DNA of 64,000 nt from Opitutia bacterium (GTDB lineage Bacteria; Verrucomicrobiota; Verrucomicrobiia; Opitutales; T3Sed10-336), in assembly GCA_050506795.1 (NCBI GenBank), contig JBJHCF010000004.1:68872-132871 (forward strand). The letters are read 5' to 3'. Below are positions 61,139-64,000 of this stretch, piece after piece. The notes beneath the pieces were generated by a model. It was not told the origin of the DNA. It ran no database searches and worked only from the letters and a program-made list of their open reading frames with translations. The translations under genes and the position numbers were made by a program. Every line of letters begins with the position of its first letter. Positions within the stretch are counted from its first letter, which is position 1.

Positions 61139-64000
61139 ACGAGTCCCTGACAATACGATTAAACCGCGCGCGTTCCCGTCGGCAGCGTCGCCGTTGGATC
61201 AGCGGTCTGATCTGGAATTTGTTCACCCTGTGTCTGCTGCTCCTTGCGCTGGCCGGCCTGAACGCGCTGTTTCCTATGCAGGAGCGCCAGGCGCTGGTCC
61301 TTCTCCTGCCCGTGGTGCTCCTGTTCGCGGGTCGTTTGTTTTGGGATACCTGGCGTTCGTTCCTCAACCCGCCTTCGCTCCCAGCCCTGGCCGCGGAGCT
61401 GGAAAGGGGAAATCCCCGGTGGATGGACGCCTTGATTTGCGCCGTCGAGCGGGAGGAGCGTCCGCCCGAATCGCTGGGAGAGATCGAGCGCGCCCTGGTC
61501 GCCAAGATGCGGCGCGAAACCCGGTCGGTCGATTTCACCGAGTTGCTGATCCCGCCCCGCTGGAGCCGGACGGCGCTGGCTGGAGGCGCCGTGGTGGCGC
61601 TGCTGCTGTCGTGGCCCGCCGGATCCAGCCGCTACGCCGAAAAGAGCCTGGCCTACCTGGGTGATGTACTGGGGGGAGAGAGCACCGGCATGGCCGTGAC
61701 CCCTGGGGATGAAGCGGTGCCGGTGGATACCGACCTGACCGTGCGGGCGGTGATTCTTCGTTGGGAGAACGAAGCGGAAATCGAGTATGTGGACGCCAGG
61801 GGCCGTCACCGGTTTCCCATGCACCCGGATTCCAGCGAAGGACACCGGTTTACGTTTTACGGCATTGACGAGGAAATTCGCTACCGGGTCGTGACCCCGG
61901 CCCTGACTTCCTCCTGGTACCGGGTGGCCCCTTATGTTCCGCCTTCGATCGAAGGGATTCGGGTCGCCGTGACCCCGCCGGCCTACACCGGAGAGGAGGG
62001 TCGGGTGTTTTCCTCCATCACCGACTTCACCATCCTGGAAGGCAGCGAGGTGCGTTGGGAACTGAATCTGCCGTCGGGCGTTGCCGCGACCCTGGTTCCG
62101 GAAGGCGAGGGCGCGGCCGCGATCCCGCCCGACGGCGGGGAAGCTGTTTTTACCAAGCGAGTGGAGTCCGACCTGCACGCGCGCTTCCACCTGGAAAGCG
62201 CGGCCGGCCGCACCGCCCGCTCCACCGCCTTCCGCATCACTGCCCGTCCCGATTATCCGCCGACTTTGGATGTCACTCGTCCGGGGCGCGACATCGACGC
62301 CGAACCCGGTGACCGGGTGGGGATCGAGGCCGCCGCCGCCGATGATTACGGTCTGGGCGAGGTGGCGATCCGGTATTCCGTTTCCGGCGCGCGGCGGGAA
62401 ACACGGGTCTTGTACCGTTCGGGGGACGAGGTGGAGGCAACGGAATTCTCGCGCGAGGAAACCGTCGCTTACACGCTCGATCTGGAGGAACTGGGCGTGG
62501 AGGAGGGGGACATCATCACTTATTTCCTCACCGCCACCGACAATCGCGAACCGGAGCCGCAAACCACCCGCTCCGAGGTGTTTTTCATCGAGGTCCGCGA
62601 ACAGCGGGAACCCGAGGAGATGGACGGCGAGCCCATGGACGAGGAGGAGATCGATATTCGCGCCCTCCTGGTCGAAGCCAAACGCCTGATCCGGCTGAGC
62701 TGGGAAACCCTGGCTGCGGAGGGCGCCCGGCGGGAAACCCTGACCGAGGAGCTGGCTTTGAGCATGGAAGCCCTGCGCATCGAAACCACCGGCATCGAAC
62801 AAGAAATCCTCGATCTGACCGGCGGGAACGATGACTTTTTAGTGATTCAATTGATGCGCGATGCCATCGACCGCATGGCTTCGGCCAGCCGCCTGATCCA
62901 GGCCGAACTGGTGGAGGATTCCATCCCTTACCAGGAACAGGCCCTGGCGCGTCTGCTGGCGGTCGAAAACGAACTGGCGCGGGATCCGGTGCAGTCGCAG
63001 GAGCCGTCCGAGGAAGGCTCTTCCGGAGGCGAATCGGGCGAATCCGGCGAAGGCGACGAGGACGCCATGGAGCAAATGCTCAGCGATCTTCGTCGCATTA
63101 GTGAGGAGATTCGTGACCTGACCGACGGTCAGACCGGGCAGAACCAGGAGGTCGGCCGTTTGGCCGGAACCGGGGCGGGATCGGCCGAGCGCGCGGAGTT
63201 GCGTCAGCGGCAGCAGGCGCTGCAGGCGGAAGCGCGGCGGATTCGACGGGAGTTGACCGATATGCCGGGCACCGCCGGGGTCTGGCGGCAAATGGACGCC
63301 GCGGCCGGGTTTATGGATCAGGCGGGACGGGAGACGCTCGCCGATCGCCTGGACCGTGCGGAGCGTGAGGGCGAGCGGGCGCGCGCCGCGTTGCTGGCCG
63401 CGGGGGACGAATTGAACGAACTCCTGGAGCGCGCCACCTCCAGCGAGGTGGACCGTCTTTCCCAATGGGCGGAGGCCCTTTCCGAACAGCACGGCGCCGC
63501 CGCCGAAACCAGCCGCGGCCTGGCCGCGGAACCTTCGCCCGACCCGGGCCAGTTGGCGGCGCAGCGCGATCGTCAGGAGCGGATGCGCGACTCCTACGAG
63601 GATCTTTTGGCCGCCATGGACCGGCAGGCCTTGGATATGATGGACGAGCATCCCGAGGTGGCCGAGGCCTTGTTCGCGCTGGGTCGCGACCTGCGGGACG
63701 AACAACTGGCCGGGGATATGGATCGCGCGGCCAACGCTCTGCTCTACCAGCGGCCGGACCGCGCGGGCGAAATCCAGGAGCAACTCGCCGGGCGTTTGCA
63801 GCAATTCTCCCAGGAACTGCGCGAGGCCGGCGAAGGCATGCCGGCTTTCTCGCGTGAGCAACTGGTGGAAGCGCTGCAACAGATCCGGCAGGCGCAGCAG
63901 GAACTGCGGGAAATGTTCGGCCAGGCGGGCGAGGAGGCGAGCGCGCGGATGCGCGAGCTCAGCCAGCAAATCGGCGAAGGATTGGGTCAGATCGGGGAAG
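61135..64000 (+). CDS. large membrane-anchored coiled-coil protein (DUF4175-like), 3' end beyond the window
   Basis: The ATG at 61135 overlaps the previous stop as ATGA. I read the frame codon by codon to 64000 and found no stop. It is absent from the ORF track because it is unterminated. There are two N-terminal TMs and a long acidic, Gln/Ala-rich helical C-terminal half. Confidence 0.7.
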   Translation, partial: MNESLTIRLNRARSRRQRRRWISGLIWNLFTLCLLLLALAGLNALFPMQERQALVLLLPVVLLFAGRLFWDTWRSFLNPPSLPALAAELERGNPRWMDALICAVEREERPPESLGEIERALVAKMRRETRSVDFTELLIPPRWSRTALAGGAVVALLLSWPAGSSRYAEKSLAYLGDVLGGESTGMAVTPGDEAVPVDTDLTVRAVILRWENEAEIEYVDARGRHRFPMHPDSSEGHRFTFYGIDEEIRYRVVTPALTSSWYRVAPYVPPSIEGIRVAVTPPAYTGEEGRVFSSITDFTILEGSEVRWELNLPSGVAATLVPEGEGAAAIPPDGGEAVFTKRVESDLHARFHLESAAGRTARSTAFRITARPDYPPTLDVTRPGRDIDAEPGDRVGIEAAAADDYGLGEVAIRYSVSGARRETRVLYRSGDEVEATEFSREETVAYTLDLEELGVEEGDIITYFLTATDNREPEPQTTRSEVFFIEVREQREPEEMDGEPMDEEEIDIRALLVEAKRLIRLSWETLAAEGARRETLTEELALSMEALRIETTGIEQEILDLTGGNDDFLVIQLMRDAIDRMASASRLIQAELVEDSIPYQEQALARLLAVENELARDPVQSQEPSEEGSSGGESGESGEGDEDAMEQMLSDLRRISEEIRDLTDGQTGQNQEVGRLAGTGAGSAERAELRQRQQALQAEARRIRRELTDMPGTAGVWRQMDAAAGFMDQAGRETLADRLDRAEREGERARAALLAAGDELNELLERATSSEVDRLSQWAEALSEQHGAAAETSRGLAAEPSPDPGQLAAQRDRQERMRDSYEDLLAAMDRQALDMMDEHPEVAEALFALGRDLRDEQLAGDMDRAANALLYQRPDRAGEIQEQLAGRLQQFSQELREAGEGMPAFSREQLVEALQQIRQAQQELREMFGQAGEEASARMRELSQQIGEGLGQIGE

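Overview
This is a high-GC bacterial chromosome segment. All family calls come from reading motifs in the translations; no searches were run. Several features suggest the PVC superphylum, probably Verrucomicrobiota, but that is inference only: PmoA-like, DUF1080 and TAT-signal TIM-barrel genes, a MoxR-DUF58-BatA-DUF4175 operon, and an LplT-PlsC-Aas triple fusion.

Layout:
- 1-12.1 kb is accessory-looking. It holds three co-directional genes of unknown family, then a heavy-metal RND efflux operon (outer-membrane factor, an unusually short adaptor, an RND pump with a non-canonical TM4 motif, two small secreted Cys proteins) and a P1B ATPase. It ends at an AT-rich junction with a 26-nt tRNA-Ser 3'-end fragment (12014-12039), which looks like an integration att scar.
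- 12.2-19.1 kb holds an orphan lasso-peptide B2-like protease, a hybrid histidine kinase (HK), sufU-sufS, and a coupled trio of a mini secreted peptide, YfiR and a CHASE8 HK.
- 19-39 kb is mostly housekeeping: metX, an MFS transporter, pfk, an SNF2 helicase, an M3 peptidase, tamB-tamA, a Zn peptidase, ychF, tRNA-Pro, and DUF1080 and TIM-barrel genes.
- 39-46 kb holds an initiator-like tRNA-Met with a duplicated 3' half, a PmoA-like gene, a decayed hybrid-HK relic, a receiver-less sigma-54 activator, and the divergent LplT-PlsC-Aas fusion.
- 46-64 kb holds apbC, tolB, sod, tadA, infA, cysK, an ATP-grasp/alpha-E fusion, an ABC-F gene, and the MoxR-DUF58-BatA-DUF4175 operon, whose last gene runs off the window.

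A family of modular GC-rich hairpin repeats fills at least five intergenic gaps between 46 and 59 kb. No CRISPR array, rRNA, transposase or integrase was seen. The candidates I consider most worth follow-up are the island and its unknown cassette, the atypical metal-efflux operon, the YfiR/CHASE8 trio, and the hairpin-repeat family. None can be called novel without database searches.
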